Shown: positions 32,219 to 44,951, numbered from the stretch's first letter. The stretch is DNA of 64,000 nucleotides from Sporopachydermia quercuum (GCA_001599295.1 BCGN01000005.1:62001-126000), one strand, 5' to 3'. Program-made: numbers and translations. Notes: generated by a model not told the origin, from the sequence alone.

Positions 32219-33271
32219 TCAATACCATAAAGGTTTAGCAGCGTAAGATTCTTCAAGATACTTGATTTCCTCATCATCTAGCTTTATTTTCAAAGCTGCA
32301 ACAGCTTCATCGATTCTCTTTTCACTGCTCAAGCCTAAAATGGGACAATTGCCCTTGCTCAAACTCCAAGCAATGGCAATCATAGCCATAGAGCACTTAT
32401 GCTTTTGAGCTAATTCTTCAACTCTTTCAATAATTTTAGTATCAGCCTCGCTGAAGCCTTGTCCACCTTCAGCTGAACCTTGAAGAATCTTCACACGAGG
32501 GTCAGAACTAGCTCTTACGGATTCAGCTTGTTTGGACAAAGGCCTTGTAAGAACACCTCTCGCCAGAGGGGACCAAGGAATAAGACCAACACCTGTCTCT
32601 TTACAGTAAGGATGCATTTCCCTTTCTTCTTCCCTATACAGTAAATTATGAAAGTCTTGCATAGAAACAAATTTTTGTAGTCCTAGTTTTTCAGCGGCTG
32701 ATTGATACATGGCAAACTCGTAAGCTTTCATAGATGAGGCACCAATATATCTTACTAACCCTTCAGTTATCAAGTCATTCAAAGCTCTCATTGTTTCTTC
32801 CTTCGGAGTAGAAATATCACACCTATGTATTTGATATAAGTCTATGTAAGTTCCAAGTCTCTCCACAGATTTCTTACAACCATCAATTATATGTGCTCTT
32901 GATAAGCCACCTTGATTCAATAAATCATAGTTATCAGCTTCGATATTTTGATACGGATGTTTTGCAGTTCTGAATGAAAAATCAGTGGTATCAACAGTAA
33001 AGTAGACTTTAGAGAAGATGACAATCTTTGATCTATCAATGTTATACNTCTCAATGAACTTTCTCAATAAAATCTCAGAATATCCATTGCTGTACATATC
33101 AGCAGTGTCATATGTTCTCATTCCAACATCATATGCTTTCTTCAAAAGCTTTAGAACCTCATCTTCATCCTCAATAACCCAATCTGCCCATGATTTCTTG
33201 CCATAGGACATACATCCAACAATCAGTTTAGATATTCTTAATCCTGAACTACCTAAATTACTAAACTCCAT
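32219..33271 (-). CDS. Aldo-keto reductase (aryl-alcohol dehydrogenase-like, YPL088W type), 350 aa
   Basis: LGSSGLRISKLIVGCMSYG, YDTADMYSNGYSE, GLSRAHI, YIDLYQIHR, VRYIGASS, IPWSPLARG. Confidence 0.93.
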   Translation of the reverse strand: MEFSNLGSSGLRISKLIVGCMSYGKKSWADWVIEDEDEVLKLLKKAYDVGMRTYDTADMYSNGYSEILLRKFIEXYNIDRSKIVIFSKVYFTVDTTDFSFRTAKHPYQNIEADNYDLLNQGGLSRAHIIDGCKKSVERLGTYIDLYQIHRCDISTPKEETMRALNDLITEGLVRYIGASSMKAYEFAMYQSAAEKLGLQKFVSMQDFHNLLYREEEREMHPYCKETGVGLIPWSPLARGVLTRPLSKQAESVRASSDPRVKILQGSAEGGQGFSEADTKIIERVEELAQKHKCSMAMIAIAWSLSKGNCPILGLSSEKRIDEAVAALKIKLDDEEIKYLEESYAAKPLWY

Positions 33272-33552
33272 TTTGTCTGTTTGTGTTTACCCTCAAATTA
33301 ATAAACCATACAATTGGAAAACACGATAACCTTTCTCCTAGAAGTTTTAAAGATAAATTGACGGATTACTTGTATTTCATAATATTCACTAAGATTCAGC
33401 AAAAAGAAAAGAAAGCTGGACTCTTCTTCATATAGAAAGAAAGGGGAGTGCCTTGAAGGAGATAGTGGAGATAGTGCAAATGGTGAAAGTAAAGTCAATT
33501 GTGATTCATAGAAAGGCTAAAAGGATGGCTTACCAGTGATATAATCTACAGT

Positions 33553-33627
33553 TGACTCATACACTTGTTAATTAAAGCAAGCGTAACCATTTAAACGAAA
33601 TCACCCTATATTTAATCTCATTACTAA
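33553..33627. promoter_or_regulatory. AP-1-type sites upstream of the aldo-keto reductase: TGACTCA (33553-33559) and Yap1-type TTACTAA (33621-33627)
   Basis: Exact consensus matches 280-360 bp upstream of the ATG. Oxidative-stress control of AAD-like genes is known in S. cerevisiae. Confidence 0.4.
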
Positions 33628-34326
33628 TCCTCCAAATAAATCACCATGTTATAATCCAGCTTCTTATGTCTATATGTCCCAATCGATACATTGTCGTGAG
33701 ATGAAAGATTGTCTCCTGTCATAAAAGGACATATCCAAGATAAGCAGCGTGACAGAAGAAACTGTTGAATCCCAAGAAAAAAGTATGAAATTTATGAATT
33801 TATAGTAATTTTTCTCTTCTCTCCTTCTTTATTAATGTATATAAATAATAAATACACCTAATACATTTAATATTGATCTCGCGAATTTCAATTTCTATTT
33901 GCAATCAACAAAGAATCAGCATGGTTTTGTCATTTATATTGTTCCCATATCTATTGATACTTAAGGGTAGAATGTGATGATTACTACTGATTAACAAGGG
34001 AATTCAATCAGAGAATTGCTCTATAGATTCTGNTACGAATGGTGAAATATGAATCACCATACAATGTGCTTAGATGCGACTGGACTAAGTAGAAAAAGGA
34101 GAATATATTAAGATACATTTGAAATAATGATACACAATAAATACACTAAAAACGAAAGAAAAAAAGATTACAGAGAACTAGTTAATAATGATGATGAAAC
34201 AAAGTCAAATGAGTACAGCCTGGTATAAATGAACTTTCAACAAACAATTTCATAAGTAATGAGCTTCAAATATTGAAGTAAGAAATGAATCATTAAGAGA
34301 AGATGACATTTGCATTTAGTATTGCT

Positions 34327-35421
34327 TTAATCCATTGGAATATTCTCCAATAACCAAGAAATACTTCTTTCACCAAATGCTCCACCTTCCATATCATATT
34401 TCCTATGTTCATGCAATCTAGCAATAGCATCTTGCATGGATGTACCATTGGCAAGAGCTCTTTCCATATATTCATAAAACTTCCTCCTTCTGGAAAACTT
34501 CTTGCTGACAGCAGTACCTGATCCGCCCCTCCAAGCACTTTTATACTTAGCTTCTAATTCTTTTAAAGGTGGCTTGTCAATCAATCCTACAGCGTATTCA
34601 AGCCACATTGTTTCTAACGAAGTAGATGGCGTCATTTCATACATAGCACTGGACTTAGACCGTTTTCTTTTCCTTGGTGTCTCATCAGACGACGTGAATG
34701 AATCATTTTGTCCACTAATAGTAGGATCATAGTTCATCAATAGATTAGAATCACTAGTATCCGTTAAAGAAGAGACATTCCTCCTTCTGGATGAAGCACG
34801 ATCACTATTACTACCATCTAAAGTCATAGAGTCATGAGGTGAGTTAACAGCGATTCCGGTGCCAGTTGCATTCACTAAAGATAAAACTTGTTGATTTGAT
34901 GTCATATCTTGTGCATTTTGAGCATCAGGATTTCCTCCACCAACGGTTGTGCTTGCACTTGCAACGTTAGCTCCTGTTCTAGAGCTAATGGAAGAGCCAA
35001 TAGATGATCCATTAGCACCTGTAGATTCAGCACTAACTAAAGATGACAGAAAATTTGAGTATGGCATGGAACCATTGGATTTCATGAGTTCATTGCGAAT
35101 ATGTAATAAAAGGGAGTCTGAATCATTGACTATTGAATTTGCTAGCTTCACTTTTTCTTTATTTAGATCATTAACTTTTCTTAATGCTGCTTGCTCATTG
35201 AGTAAATGTTGTTTCAACATATTTCGCTCTTGTCCTAACGACGCAAACAGTATTTCAATATACTGCAGGTTAAATCTATATAGTCTCTCCATTCTTTCCA
35301 TTTCACTTTTGAAGTCTTTTGACAAATCCTGTAACATTTGGCCGAGCTGGTCAATTTTGTGCTCAGTCTCCCGAACACTTCTGCTAAGATCAGACATCGT
35401 TGATGTTCCTAGATTAGACAT
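34327..35421 (-). CDS. GCR1_C-domain transcription factor (Msn1/Hot1-like), 364 aa
   Basis: N-terminal coiled coil, Ser-rich linker, NLS-like RKRKR, C-terminal YEMTPSTSLETMWLEYAVGLIDKPPLKELEAKYKSAWR...FSRRRKFY. Confidence 0.85.
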   Translation of the reverse strand: MSNLGTSTMSDLSRSVRETEHKIDQLGQMLQDLSKDFKSEMERMERLYRFNLQYIEILFASLGQERNMLKQHLLNEQAALRKVNDLNKEKVKLANSIVNDSDSLLLHIRNELMKSNGSMPYSNFLSSLVSAESTGANGSSIGSSISSRTGANVASASTTVGGGNPDAQNAQDMTSNQQVLSLVNATGTGIAVNSPHDSMTLDGSNSDRASSRRRNVSSLTDTSDSNLLMNYDPTISGQNDSFTSSDETPRKRKRSKSSAMYEMTPSTSLETMWLEYAVGLIDKPPLKELEAKYKSAWRGGSGTAVSKKFSRRRKFYEYMERALANGTSMQDAIARLHEHRKYDMEGGAFGERSISWLLENIPMD

Positions 35422-36219
35422 TAACTAGCTCTCTTCAAAACAATGATTTCAACAAACAGAAAAATAGCTTTCCGATAGAATTATTAATTTCTTTTGATCT
35501 TCTCAAATATCTAGATCAATTGAAATATATTTTATGATAAGGCAACAGATCAGTTGAATAAATGTAAACAAACCTCGCGTCTCGCCGTGTGATTTCAGAA
35601 CCTGAGTTTAGAACTCCGCAAGACTAAAACTTGACTTAGAAACGAGGGGGTACCTGAAGACTGATATGAATGTGTACACAGACTTATAGTAAGGAAAAAC
35701 CAATGCGCTGTTAAATGGCAATGCAGAGAGGGTAGATTTTGATCACCAACTATTCGCTCTAGAGTAATGAAGGCAAAACAGATTAAGAAATTCGATTAGC
35801 TTGATTTTAATATTTGTTTCAATGATAATTGAAGACGTCGATTGCTGAATTAGTAGAAGAACTCAGATATTTGTCAGGCAGGACTTTTGGTTGATATTGT
35901 ATGAATCCCTGACAATCCAATGTACTGACAACAAATTTCTGTCCTGGTTGTAAAGAAGGACAAATCAGCTAAACAAACGAGACAGGTGACAACTGACGAA
36001 GTGTAATGTGGCTGATATACAAGAGGACTAAAACTTGATATTGAGTAGGGTTGATTATAGAGCTTATTGATATAACACAGCGTATCAGTTTTGTGGGACC
36101 TGATATAAAGGAGTAAAGGGAGAAACATTGTGATGGGGGATAGATAGGTGTTGNCAACAACAGTTCTCTATTGTCCAGTCAGAGTACGATACGAAACTCT
36201 TGTCACGACATGTGTCTGT

Positions 36220-36228
36220 GTCACGTGA
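36220..36228. promoter_or_regulatory. Cbf1-type site GTCACGTGA in the RPL3 promoter
   Basis: Exact RTCACGTG about 350 bp upstream of RPL3. Confidence 0.5.
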
Positions 36229-36576
36229 GAATACTTTCTGATTAGATAATACAAATAAACCAAGTTCCGATGAACCACTTTCCTAATCTGGAGTAAATTA
36301 AGTCAGTAGGTAATATACTCATACAGTTACAAATTGAAGCGTAAATATCAGAACATAGACTCTCAATAACGCTATTAAACTTGGTAGGGTGAAATTTGAC
36401 TTTGAGCAGGAGAATCCATACTCAAAGTTTTCTTCCTCTATATTCCTTCTACAGCTTCAAATATACTACTTCTTTCTCTTGCTCTCTTGTTACAAAAATT
36501 TAATTTGTTNTATTTACCTCAAAAATATTTGACTGTTCATAAACAATAACTTTTTCAGCAAGTTAAATAGTCAACA

Positions 36577-37746
36577 ATGTCTCACAGAAAGTTTGAAGCC
36601 CCCAGACACGGTTCCCTTGGGTTCACTCCTAAGAAGAGAGCCGCTAAGAACAGAGGAAGAGTTAAGTCATTCCCTAAGGATGACAAGTCCAAGCCTACTG
36701 CTTTGACCGCTTTCCTCGGTTACAAGGCTGGTATGACCACCATTGTCAGAGATTTAGACAGACCCGGTTCCAAGATGCACAAGCGTGAAGTTGTCGAAGC
36801 CGTCACCGTTGTCGACACTCCTCCTTTAGTTATTGTTGGTGTTGTTGGTTACGTCGAAACCCCAAGAGGTTTGAGATCTTTGACCACTGTCTGGGCTGAA
36901 CATCTTTCCGACGAAGTCAAGAGAAGATTCTATAAGAACTGGTACAAGTCTAAGAAGAAGGCTTTCACCAAGTACGCTGGTAAGTATGCCAACGATGCTG
37001 AATCTGTCACCAGAGAATTGGAGAGAATCAAGAAGTACTGCTCTGTTGTCAGAGTCTTGGCTCACACTCAAATCAGAAAGACTCCTTTGTCCCAAAAGAA
37101 GGCTCATCTTGCTGAAATCCAAATTAACGGTGGTTCCGTTGCTGACAAGGTTGAATGGGCCAAGGAACACTTTGAAAAGACCGTCTCTGTTGACGCTGTC
37201 TTTGAAAAGGATGAAATGATTGACGTTATTGCCGTAACCAAGGGTCACGGTTACGAAGGTGTAACCCACAGATGGGGAACCAAGAAGCTTCCTAGAAAGA
37301 CCCACAGAGGTTTAAGAAAGGTTGCCTGTATTGGTGCTTGGCATCCGTCCCACGTCCAAACCTCCGTTGCCAGAGCTGGTCAAAACGGTTACCACCACAG
37401 AACTTCCATCAACCACAAGGTCTACAGAGTTGGCAAGGGTGATGATGAATCTAATGGTGCTACTGAATTCGACAGAACCAAGAAGACTGTTACTCCTATG
37501 GGTGGTTTCGTTAGATATGGTGAGATCAAGAATGATTTCCTTATCCTTAAGGGTTCTACCCCTGGTGTCAAGAAGAGAATTATCACCTTGAGAAAGTCTC
37601 TTTACACTGATACCTCCAGAAGAGCTCTTGAAAAGGTCGAACTCAAGTGGATCGACACTGCTTCTAAATTCGGTAAGGGTAGATTCCAAACCCCTGCTGA
37701 AAAGCATGCCTTTATGGGTACCCTCAAGAAGGATCTTGAAGCTTAA
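36577..37746 (+). CDS. RPL3: 60S ribosomal protein L3 (uL3), 389 aa, no intron in the coding region
   Basis: [44 protein letters not shown]; strong codon bias. Confidence 0.99.
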   Translation: MSHRKFEAPRHGSLGFTPKKRAAKNRGRVKSFPKDDKSKPTALTAFLGYKAGMTTIVRDLDRPGSKMHKREVVEAVTVVDTPPLVIVGVVGYVETPRGLRSLTTVWAEHLSDEVKRRFYKNWYKSKKKAFTKYAGKYANDAESVTRELERIKKYCSVVRVLAHTQIRKTPLSQKKAHLAEIQINGGSVADKVEWAKEHFEKTVSVDAVFEKDEMIDVIAVTKGHGYEGVTHRWGTKKLPRKTHRGLRKVACIGAWHPSHVQTSVARAGQNGYHHRTSINHKVYRVGKGDDESNGATEFDRTKKTVTPMGGFVRYGEIKNDFLILKGSTPGVKKRIITLRKSLYTDTSRRALEKVELKWIDTASKFGKGRFQTPAEKHAFMGTLKKDLEA

Positions 37747-38451
37747 ATGTCCTACATTTATCCTAAAATTTCTATCAAATATGTTCAAAACTTATATAAT
37801 AATATAAATCTTGTTAAGGGTGTTTTCATACTTTAATTTCTACTGTAATTGAATTTGTTTATTCCAATTGTTTTTTCTAGCCGTAGATCTTTCCATGATT
37901 CTGGTCCAATTTTTTCTTTCTTGAAATTCAACACTTCTGAACTTTCTCCAGTCATATGAAGACAGTCTCATAATAGGTACTACTGTCCGAGCAATACGCA
38001 TCTCTCATGCGGGATTTCTCCCTTACACATAAGTATTGCATCTATTCTGTATCAGTCTTAGACTGTAATTATGCTTCATTGATTACTATCACTGCCAGTT
38101 CATTGCTATTTGCTATTCGATATGCAATAAACCAATATAATATTTCTAAAGTTTGTGTATCCAAGAAATAATCCTGAAAGGAGTTCCAATAGAGTGAAAA
38201 AGATAATCCTTTGCAAAAGGATTGTCCGTTGTTCCTCCAATATCAAGCTTACTCCTAGCTCAGAAACAACGCCCTTCCTAACCCTTCGAGTGCTCATGAG
38301 CAGAACAGGGAACGCACAGCTGACTGAACATCCTAGCTCACAGCTCTACTTTTTATGCAGTTTGAAAAGTAACCAATCAGCCTGCATTGGGACGAAAAAT
38401 ATTTTCTCCTTCACATACATCATCAGTTTAAGTGGGCATACGTAATCCAAG

Positions 38452-39899
38452 ATGAGCTTTTCTTCCATTCTGTCACAAATCACTAAGAAGCCCATGGTCA
38501 TTGACAATAGGCAGATCAGCAGAAGATCCAACGGATCCATAGCGTCAGGTTCTGTCAGACAAGCAAATGGTAAAAATGGCAACAGTGAACAAACTTCAAG
38601 TGCTGGAGCTGCCAGGCAAGACGATTATATTCCCCTTGGTATGACAGAGGAAGAAAGGAGAGAACAGCTCGAAAGAGTACGCCGTTTGAAAGAAGAAAGA
38701 TCGAGGGAACGAGAAAAAGAGCTAGATAANAAGAAAAAACAGAAAGTTGCGTCGAAAGCAAGTACACCTGGTTCCGCAGGAAGTAAAAAGAAATCATCGA
38801 CAAGCTCAAACGGCAGCTCTAAAACAACCATAAATACATCTAGAGTCAAAGCCGCAGGAAGTAATGTTAGTCGGAACAGATCAGCCAACGACCTACGTTC
38901 TGTTGGCACTAATAGCACTACAACCGCAACCAGTAAACCGAAGGTAAGTTTTGACTCTTTTTTATCGATTGGTATTTTTAATCTATATTAAATTGCACCT
39001 TAATACCTTATTATCTCACTAATCTATTGTCTCCTACTAACCTTTACCAACAGCTCAAATTCAGCGATCTTATGAAACAGGCAGAACAAATTTCAGGAGA
39101 TCACCTTAAAATGCAAATCAAACTGAAAGACAAAACGACTGCCAATAGGAGCCCTGAGCCAGCAAAAAGAAGCTATAGCTATAACAGAAGATCACCAGAT
39201 ACCTCTGGGTCATTGAGAGCATCAGGAAATCCATCTAACAGTAGATCACTATCCACCCCGATCACAAGAAAACGACTAAATGACTCTACAAAGCTTCCAC
39301 CAATACAGCGTGATCGAAAAGCGAGCTCTGGGGCTATTGGTTCTGGATCTTCTGTTGCTCCTCTACCTCCTCTACCTCCAGGACCATCTACATCGTTTAC
39401 TAAACCTGATCCAAAGCTATTGAGTAAACTACGAAGTAAAAACCCAAATTTTGAGGACAAATATCGTGCTGATTATGGGCCAAAGACTGATACGAGATCT
39501 CGTTATAATAGCAGCGGTACTTCCAGTAGTAAGACGGGCTGGTCTAAAGCTGGTACCNGTGATGGTGTTAGAGGTAGAAGCAGCAATAGGAGAGACCGCT
39601 ATGATGATGATTATGCATCTGACGATTCGTTTATTGTTGATGATGACGAAGGAGAGATCCAAGAACCTGTTGATTATGACCGTGATGAGATTTGGGCTAT
39701 GTTTAATAGAGGCAAGAAAAGAACAGATCTAGAGTTTAATGACGATGATGATACTGATGATATGGAAGCCACAGGGACAGAGATTTTGATGGAGGAAAGA
39801 AGAAGTGCATTGACAGGTAAGCGGGAAGATAAGGACGAGGAATTAAATGAGAAGCAACGAATGATGGAGAAAATGAAACGGAAGAAGAAAAGATACTAG
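38452..39899 (+). CDS. SPT2: Chromatin protein Spt2, about 445 aa; exons 38452-38943 and 39054-39899
   Basis: Intron GTAAGT..TACTAAC..CAG joins two ORFs in frame (KPK|LKFSDLMKQAE). C-terminal DDSFIVDDDE, YDRDEIWAMFNRGKKR and DDMEATGTEILMEERRS. Confidence 0.88.
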
Positions 39900-40849
39900 G
39901 ATTAAGGAGTACTATTTGTATTTGTCTTACCTAGTAATAATTTTGTCGTTGATGATGATAGCTCTGCTGGTATGTGTGGAAGAACAGCCATGTCGTCAGT
40001 TGATGTTACGTGTTTTTGGTAATGAAGTCTTAATGAGAGAAGCAGGTAAATAGTTAAAATTGCATCCATTGAATAATATTGTTATATTATAGTAATAAGA
40101 TTGACTGTAGCATCTAATTCAGTACATGTGGTATTTAGCTATGATACGAAGCTTGCAATAGTAAATGGGTCTTTAAAGTATTCATATTATCTAAGGACTG
40201 CCTTGAAAAAACTGTCTTAGGATTGCTACTCAAATAATGAGCATTCAGGGTAATTATACCACAAGTAAGATTTGCCACATGTGAGTGAGTATTCATTTTT
40301 CACCATTGGATTTGTTACTTCCTGCCGGATTTTCATATCTTAAAGGACTAAGATTAGGAAAAGAACTAGGTTTTCAAAAAGAGTATAGAAATATGACATA
40401 AAGTGTTCAGTGAACAATCCAACTTATTCACGAAAACATCTCATTGCTTGTAAGTTAGAATGACTAAAATATGTAAGTCATATGGAAGTCCTATGGGTTG
40501 TAGTTAACGCACAGAAAAATAATACGGCAATTGCTTGAATNAGTCTGTTGATATTATAATTCTACTTTCTAGATAGCTATTATGCAATATCNATCCGACT
40601 AATGATACCCATTTCAACTATCAGACTGAATACATAATAGCTTGGTACTGGATTGTAGTAGCACTAATAGCAAAAGAATGTGTGAATTAAATCAGTCCTT
40701 TTCAAACCGAAAAAAGGGCGTGTAATGATGATTTTCGTCCCCAATGTCCAATTAATTAACAATTCACATTGAAAACAGTACTAGATGTTCCTTACCATCA
40801 ATTGTATTTCAATCCTTACTAGCCGGAATTTTTATTATTCTCATCCTAT

Positions 40850-41578
40850 TTATTTTGGCTCCGACTTCACATCAACGTCTGCTGAGCTACCTTTATCCTT
40901 TTCTGTTGAAGTGTCAGTAGCTTTGGTTCCCTTAGACTCCACAGTCTTCTTCTCGTCGTTCTTCCCTTTTTCTTTACTGGTTTTTTTCTTTTCCTCGGCT
41001 TCTGTCTCTTTTTTCTTTTTTGCTTCTTCTTCTCGTTTCAGTCTTTCCTCTTCTTCCGCAGGCCATAATTCTCCTGCCCACGTATTGACAGAGAAAACAT
41101 GACTAGTGAAGCTCTTTATTTCTATAGGCTTTTTGACCCACCGTCTACATGGCTTGCCGCTAGTGTCAAGGGCTTTCAGTGCTGCGCTGGGGCCCTGTGC
41201 GAGAACACGTGACGTACTACTGGGTCCCCCTCCAGAGTTCAGACTTTTTGGTGCGGGAGATGAAGGCCTTGGTGATATTGGAGTCGATGAATCACCAGGC
41301 GCTAGAGGTTTCTTTCTTCTGAAATTTGGATTCCCTCTAGGCCGCTTAACTGGTGCCGATGAAGCTGTTGTGNTAATTGTTGGAGTAGTATTTGCTGATC
41401 TAGATGGGATGTCCAATGTACTGTGTTCGCGTTTTATAGGGCTTGAGGTAGGAATTGGAGACGAGGGAATGGAAGAAGTATCAATTCCAGAGTCAGAATT
41501 AATATTTTCATCGTTATACAACTCGGTTATTCGAGGTTCTTTCCTCGTTTTTGGTAGTTGACGTTTTGTTTCCGCCAT
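40850..41578 (-). CDS. IES4: INO80 complex subunit Ies4, 242 aa
   Basis: ALKALDTSGKPCRRWVKKPIEIKSFT...W matches the fungal Ies4 motif (LRALDRSGKPCRKW...KSFTG). Confidence 0.8.
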   Translation of the reverse strand: MAETKRQLPKTRKEPRITELYNDENINSDSGIDTSSIPSSPIPTSSPIKREHSTLDIPSRSANTTPTIXTTASSAPVKRPRGNPNFRRKKPLAPGDSSTPISPRPSSPAPKSLNSGGGPSSTSRVLAQGPSAALKALDTSGKPCRRWVKKPIEIKSFTSHVFSVNTWAGELWPAEEEERLKREEEAKKKKETEAEEKKKTSKEKGKNDEKKTVESKGTKATDTSTEKDKGSSADVDVKSEPK

Positions 41579-42138
41579 TTTTGTTATCTGTTCAGAAGGA
41601 AAGGTATTGTCAGAGCAAATATACTACTGGAGACAAATAGAAATCGATCCCTAGCTGCTGGCTACTTATAGAGGGTTGCAACTGAATCCAACGATTTGAA
41701 CTTCAATGCGCGTCAGATAATTGAAAGTAAAACTCTGGATAGTTTTCGAATGCAAATGGCGATATATGAATAATAATGCAACAAAGAACCAGCAATCTAA
41801 ACGTTTNCTGCAATCATTTCTCTACTGAATAAAAGAGAGATTAAACATTTGATCAGAAAACGGAACAGAAATGGTGATAATAGTTTCCGGTATGCAGTCA
41901 TATAGTTTCCTGATTTTCAAAACAGAGCATACTGCGAGTTGAGATGCAAGGTAAATTGAGTATGAAGAGACCTGAAGATATGGTTCCAGTGTGAGTGCAC
42001 AGGCAAGAGGACAGTCAATTGTTCCGTTGGAACGAAAATTGTACGCAAACATCTTTGAGAATAATGATATTCTATTGATACTCAGTGAATTTCAAAAACC
42101 TCGTTCGTCTCTCTTTCTAAAATACGTGGACTGTTAAA

Positions 42139-42164
42139 GGAGTCATATGTTGTATTGTGAGTCA
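42139..42164. promoter_or_regulatory. Gcn4/AP-1-type site TGAGTCA (42158-42164) plus near match GGAGTCA (42139-42145)
   Basis: Located in the IES4/aminotransferase divergent region, about 1 kb upstream of the aminotransferase. Confidence 0.35.
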
Positions 42165-43155
42165 TCTCATCTATCAACTAAGATGTGACAACAGTTTGTA
42201 TGCAAGGTACATACAAGACAAGCAAGGGACATGATGAGACAGCTTTGCCTAGTAGAACGCGGCTGAGTTAATGTTGNAAGTTCATTTACAGGTGACACAA
42301 TGTTTCAGAGGAAAAACAATCAATAGGTAATTACTAATATTAACCGAAACGTAGTCTTTCTANGAGCTTGACAGATTCTCTCTACTGTTAAAGTTATTCG
42401 GAAGTTCTTACATTCAAAGCAATGTCATGGTTTATCGTAGTGTCTGAAAAGTGTGAAATCTAAGTGGCATCAAATTCTGAGGAACTGTACTATCTTTTTA
42501 AGAGAGAACAATCCCCTTACTCATTGTATAGTTCTCATCAAATAACTGTATAGTATCACCTTCAAAGTCTTTTATACTAATTCATTAAAAATATTCTACT
42601 CGCCTCAAACGATCTCATGGTACTTATAATTTATTCCGGCTGACTTGTCTTGACATTCTGCCCACAGTTTTGTCATCCCTTCAGCACCGTATATATTTTC
42701 TCCGTATACATCTCACTCCTTTGGGAGAAGAACCTTTTCTTTCATGAACCAAGAAAATCACTGTGGNTCCTCGTTAGACATATTCTTACCTCTTTCCTTT
42801 TAATTATCTGTTAAAGCCACTCTTAACTTTTCTTACTTGAGCCTATCTTACATTTGCTACAAGAACAATTCATTGCAGTGGTGGATATATTTTTGCTGCC
42901 ACAAATTTGAAACCACATCCAGTGAACTCATTGCACATTGATTGTACCGTACCTCTTACTCTTCTCTTTCTCTCTCTACTGGGACAGCTAAAGGGAAACA
43001 TTCAACTGAATTCAATCTTTTAGTTATCATACATATATCTGAAGATAGGTTGTTATCTACTGAATTGCTAGCTCTTAAGGCACTTCAACCCAATCCGACT
43101 GTCACGTTTATAAACCTTCTTCACAGCATTTATACTACTCATAATATCTTCTATA

Positions 43156-44820
43156 ATGAGTGAGTCTACATTCAATCCAAGTATTGTTCAAAATGATCTA
43201 AGGGATCAAAACGATCAAAATGATTTCTCGAAATTTGAAGAAACCCTCCCAGAATCTTTAAAGAGGTCCTCTTCGCATATATTTCACCCAGAGATGGGTA
43301 CAGGATTAAATTTCTTTGATGGAAATACTCCTGGCACTTCTTCACCAATTGGACCTAATCCTGTACGGTCATCTAAAGCTACAGGTGGGTTCACCATTGG
43401 AGGTTTGTCTCTTGAGTCACCAGACTCGCCAGGAAATGCCAGCAAAAGGACACCTGGAATCAATCCTAATGTTTCCAGATTTCTCCAGGAACATGAAAAC
43501 GAGGGAAGAGAGTCACCTATTCCTATGCCTGGTCCTACTGTGAGACCTGCTATTCCTTTACCAGCATTAGATAAGCATCAAGCATCTACTGGTGTCATTT
43601 GGACCACAGAAAGAGCCATGGAAAAGGGTTTCAACCTGGGTGACCCTGACTGGAGCAATTTGGGTCAAGGTGCACCAGAAGTTGGAGACATTCCTGGATG
43701 CTTCAAACGGCCAGAGACCATTGATGTGTCGATTGACTCTAGAGAATATGCACCAACAGCAGGTCTGAAAGAATTGAGGGAAGCTGTTGCCAATCTGTAT
43801 AATGATCATTACAGGAAAGGTATGCCGTCTCAATATACCTGGGAGAATGTTTGTATTGTTCCTGGGGGAAGAGCTGGACTTACTAGAATTGCTGCTATCT
43901 TGAAAGATTGCTATCTATCATTCTTTCTACCTGATTATACCGCATATGCTGAAATGCTTGCTCTTTTCAAGAACTTTGCTCCTATACCTGTTCCATTATA
44001 CGAAACTGACAACTATCGTATACATTTAGACATTGTCAGAAATGAATTAAACAGAGGCGTATCTGCTCTTTTGACCTCAAATCCTAGGAATCCAACAGGG
44101 CAATGCATGACAGCAGACGAACTACGTATTCTTCATGACATGTGTAGAGATAGATGCTTACTTATTATGGATGAGTTTTATTCTAGATATAACTACGAAA
44201 ATAACTGTGACGGGGAATCTTTATCTTCTGCTTCTCATATCAAAGATGTCAATAGAGATCAAGTTTTGATCCTCGATGGGTTAACTAAAGCCTTCCGTCT
44301 TCCTGGATGGAGAATTTGTTGGATCTTAGGCCCCAAGGAGTATGTTCAAGCGTTGGGTTCTGTTGGTTCATACTTGGATGGTGGATCCAATGTACCATTT
44401 CAAAAAGCTGCCATTCCTTTTCTGGATCCTACATTAGTAAGACAAGAAATGAGAGCTTTACAAGCACATTTCAAGATGAAACGTGATTACTGTGTTTCAA
44501 GATTGCTGACCATGGGTTTCAATATCAAAGCTATACCGTCATCAACTTTTTACATATGGCTTGATGTATCAAACCTACAGGGCAAAGCTGGTAACTGTTT
44601 GGGATTCTTCCATGAGTGTCTTCATGAAAAGACGATTGTTGTTCCGGGGATCTTTTTTGACTTGAACCCTTTAGCAAGAAGAGAACTAAACGATTCTGTT
44701 ATGTATTCATACGTCAGAATATCATACGGTCCTGAATTGGAGCAGCTAGAAAAAGGAATGGATGCCATTGAAAGAATTGTTAAGAGAAACAATGCTTTAT
44801 ATAACAAGAGCACTGTATAA
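43156..44820 (+). CDS. PLP-dependent aminotransferase class I/II, 554 aa, with a low-complexity N-terminal extension
   Basis: NLGQGAPE, YAPTAGLKELREAVA, SNPRNPTG, IMDEFY, PLP-lysine motif DGLTKAFRLPGWRI, VRISY. Confidence 0.92.
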   Translation: MSESTFNPSIVQNDLRDQNDQNDFSKFEETLPESLKRSSSHIFHPEMGTGLNFFDGNTPGTSSPIGPNPVRSSKATGGFTIGGLSLESPDSPGNASKRTPGINPNVSRFLQEHENEGRESPIPMPGPTVRPAIPLPALDKHQASTGVIWTTERAMEKGFNLGDPDWSNLGQGAPEVGDIPGCFKRPETIDVSIDSREYAPTAGLKELREAVANLYNDHYRKGMPSQYTWENVCIVPGGRAGLTRIAAILKDCYLSFFLPDYTAYAEMLALFKNFAPIPVPLYETDNYRIHLDIVRNELNRGVSALLTSNPRNPTGQCMTADELRILHDMCRDRCLLIMDEFYSRYNYENNCDGESLSSASHIKDVNRDQVLILDGLTKAFRLPGWRICWILGPKEYVQALGSVGSYLDGGSNVPFQKAAIPFLDPTLVRQEMRALQAHFKMKRDYCVSRLLTMGFNIKAIPSSTFYIWLDVSNLQGKAGNCLGFFHECLHEKTIVVPGIFFDLNPLARRELNDSVMYSYVRISYGPELEQLEKGMDAIERIVKRNNALYNKSTV

Positions 44821-44916
44821 GAAGATTATATATACAATACACTTGTTCCTATTACGTTGATGTATGTTATTTGTGAGCAACTGGTTTGATTAAAACCTTT
44901 AAAAGAGAATAGATAA

Positions 44917-44951
44917 CGTTTTATCTAGCGTTTTATCTAGCGTTTTATCTA
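44917..44951. repeat. Tandem repeat (CGTTTTATCTAG)x2.9
   Basis: Units read directly at 44917, 44929 and 44941. Confidence 0.9.

Noticed and set aside
34327..35421. GCR1_C gene as a Crypton transposon
   Set aside because: GCR1_C domains occur in Cryptons, but there is no tyrosine-recombinase domain or terminal repeat here. The architecture fits a host Msn1/Hot1-like factor.
36826..37788. Two ~159-aa antisense ORFs over RPL3
   Set aside because: Typical shadow ORFs caused by codon bias of a highly expressed gene.
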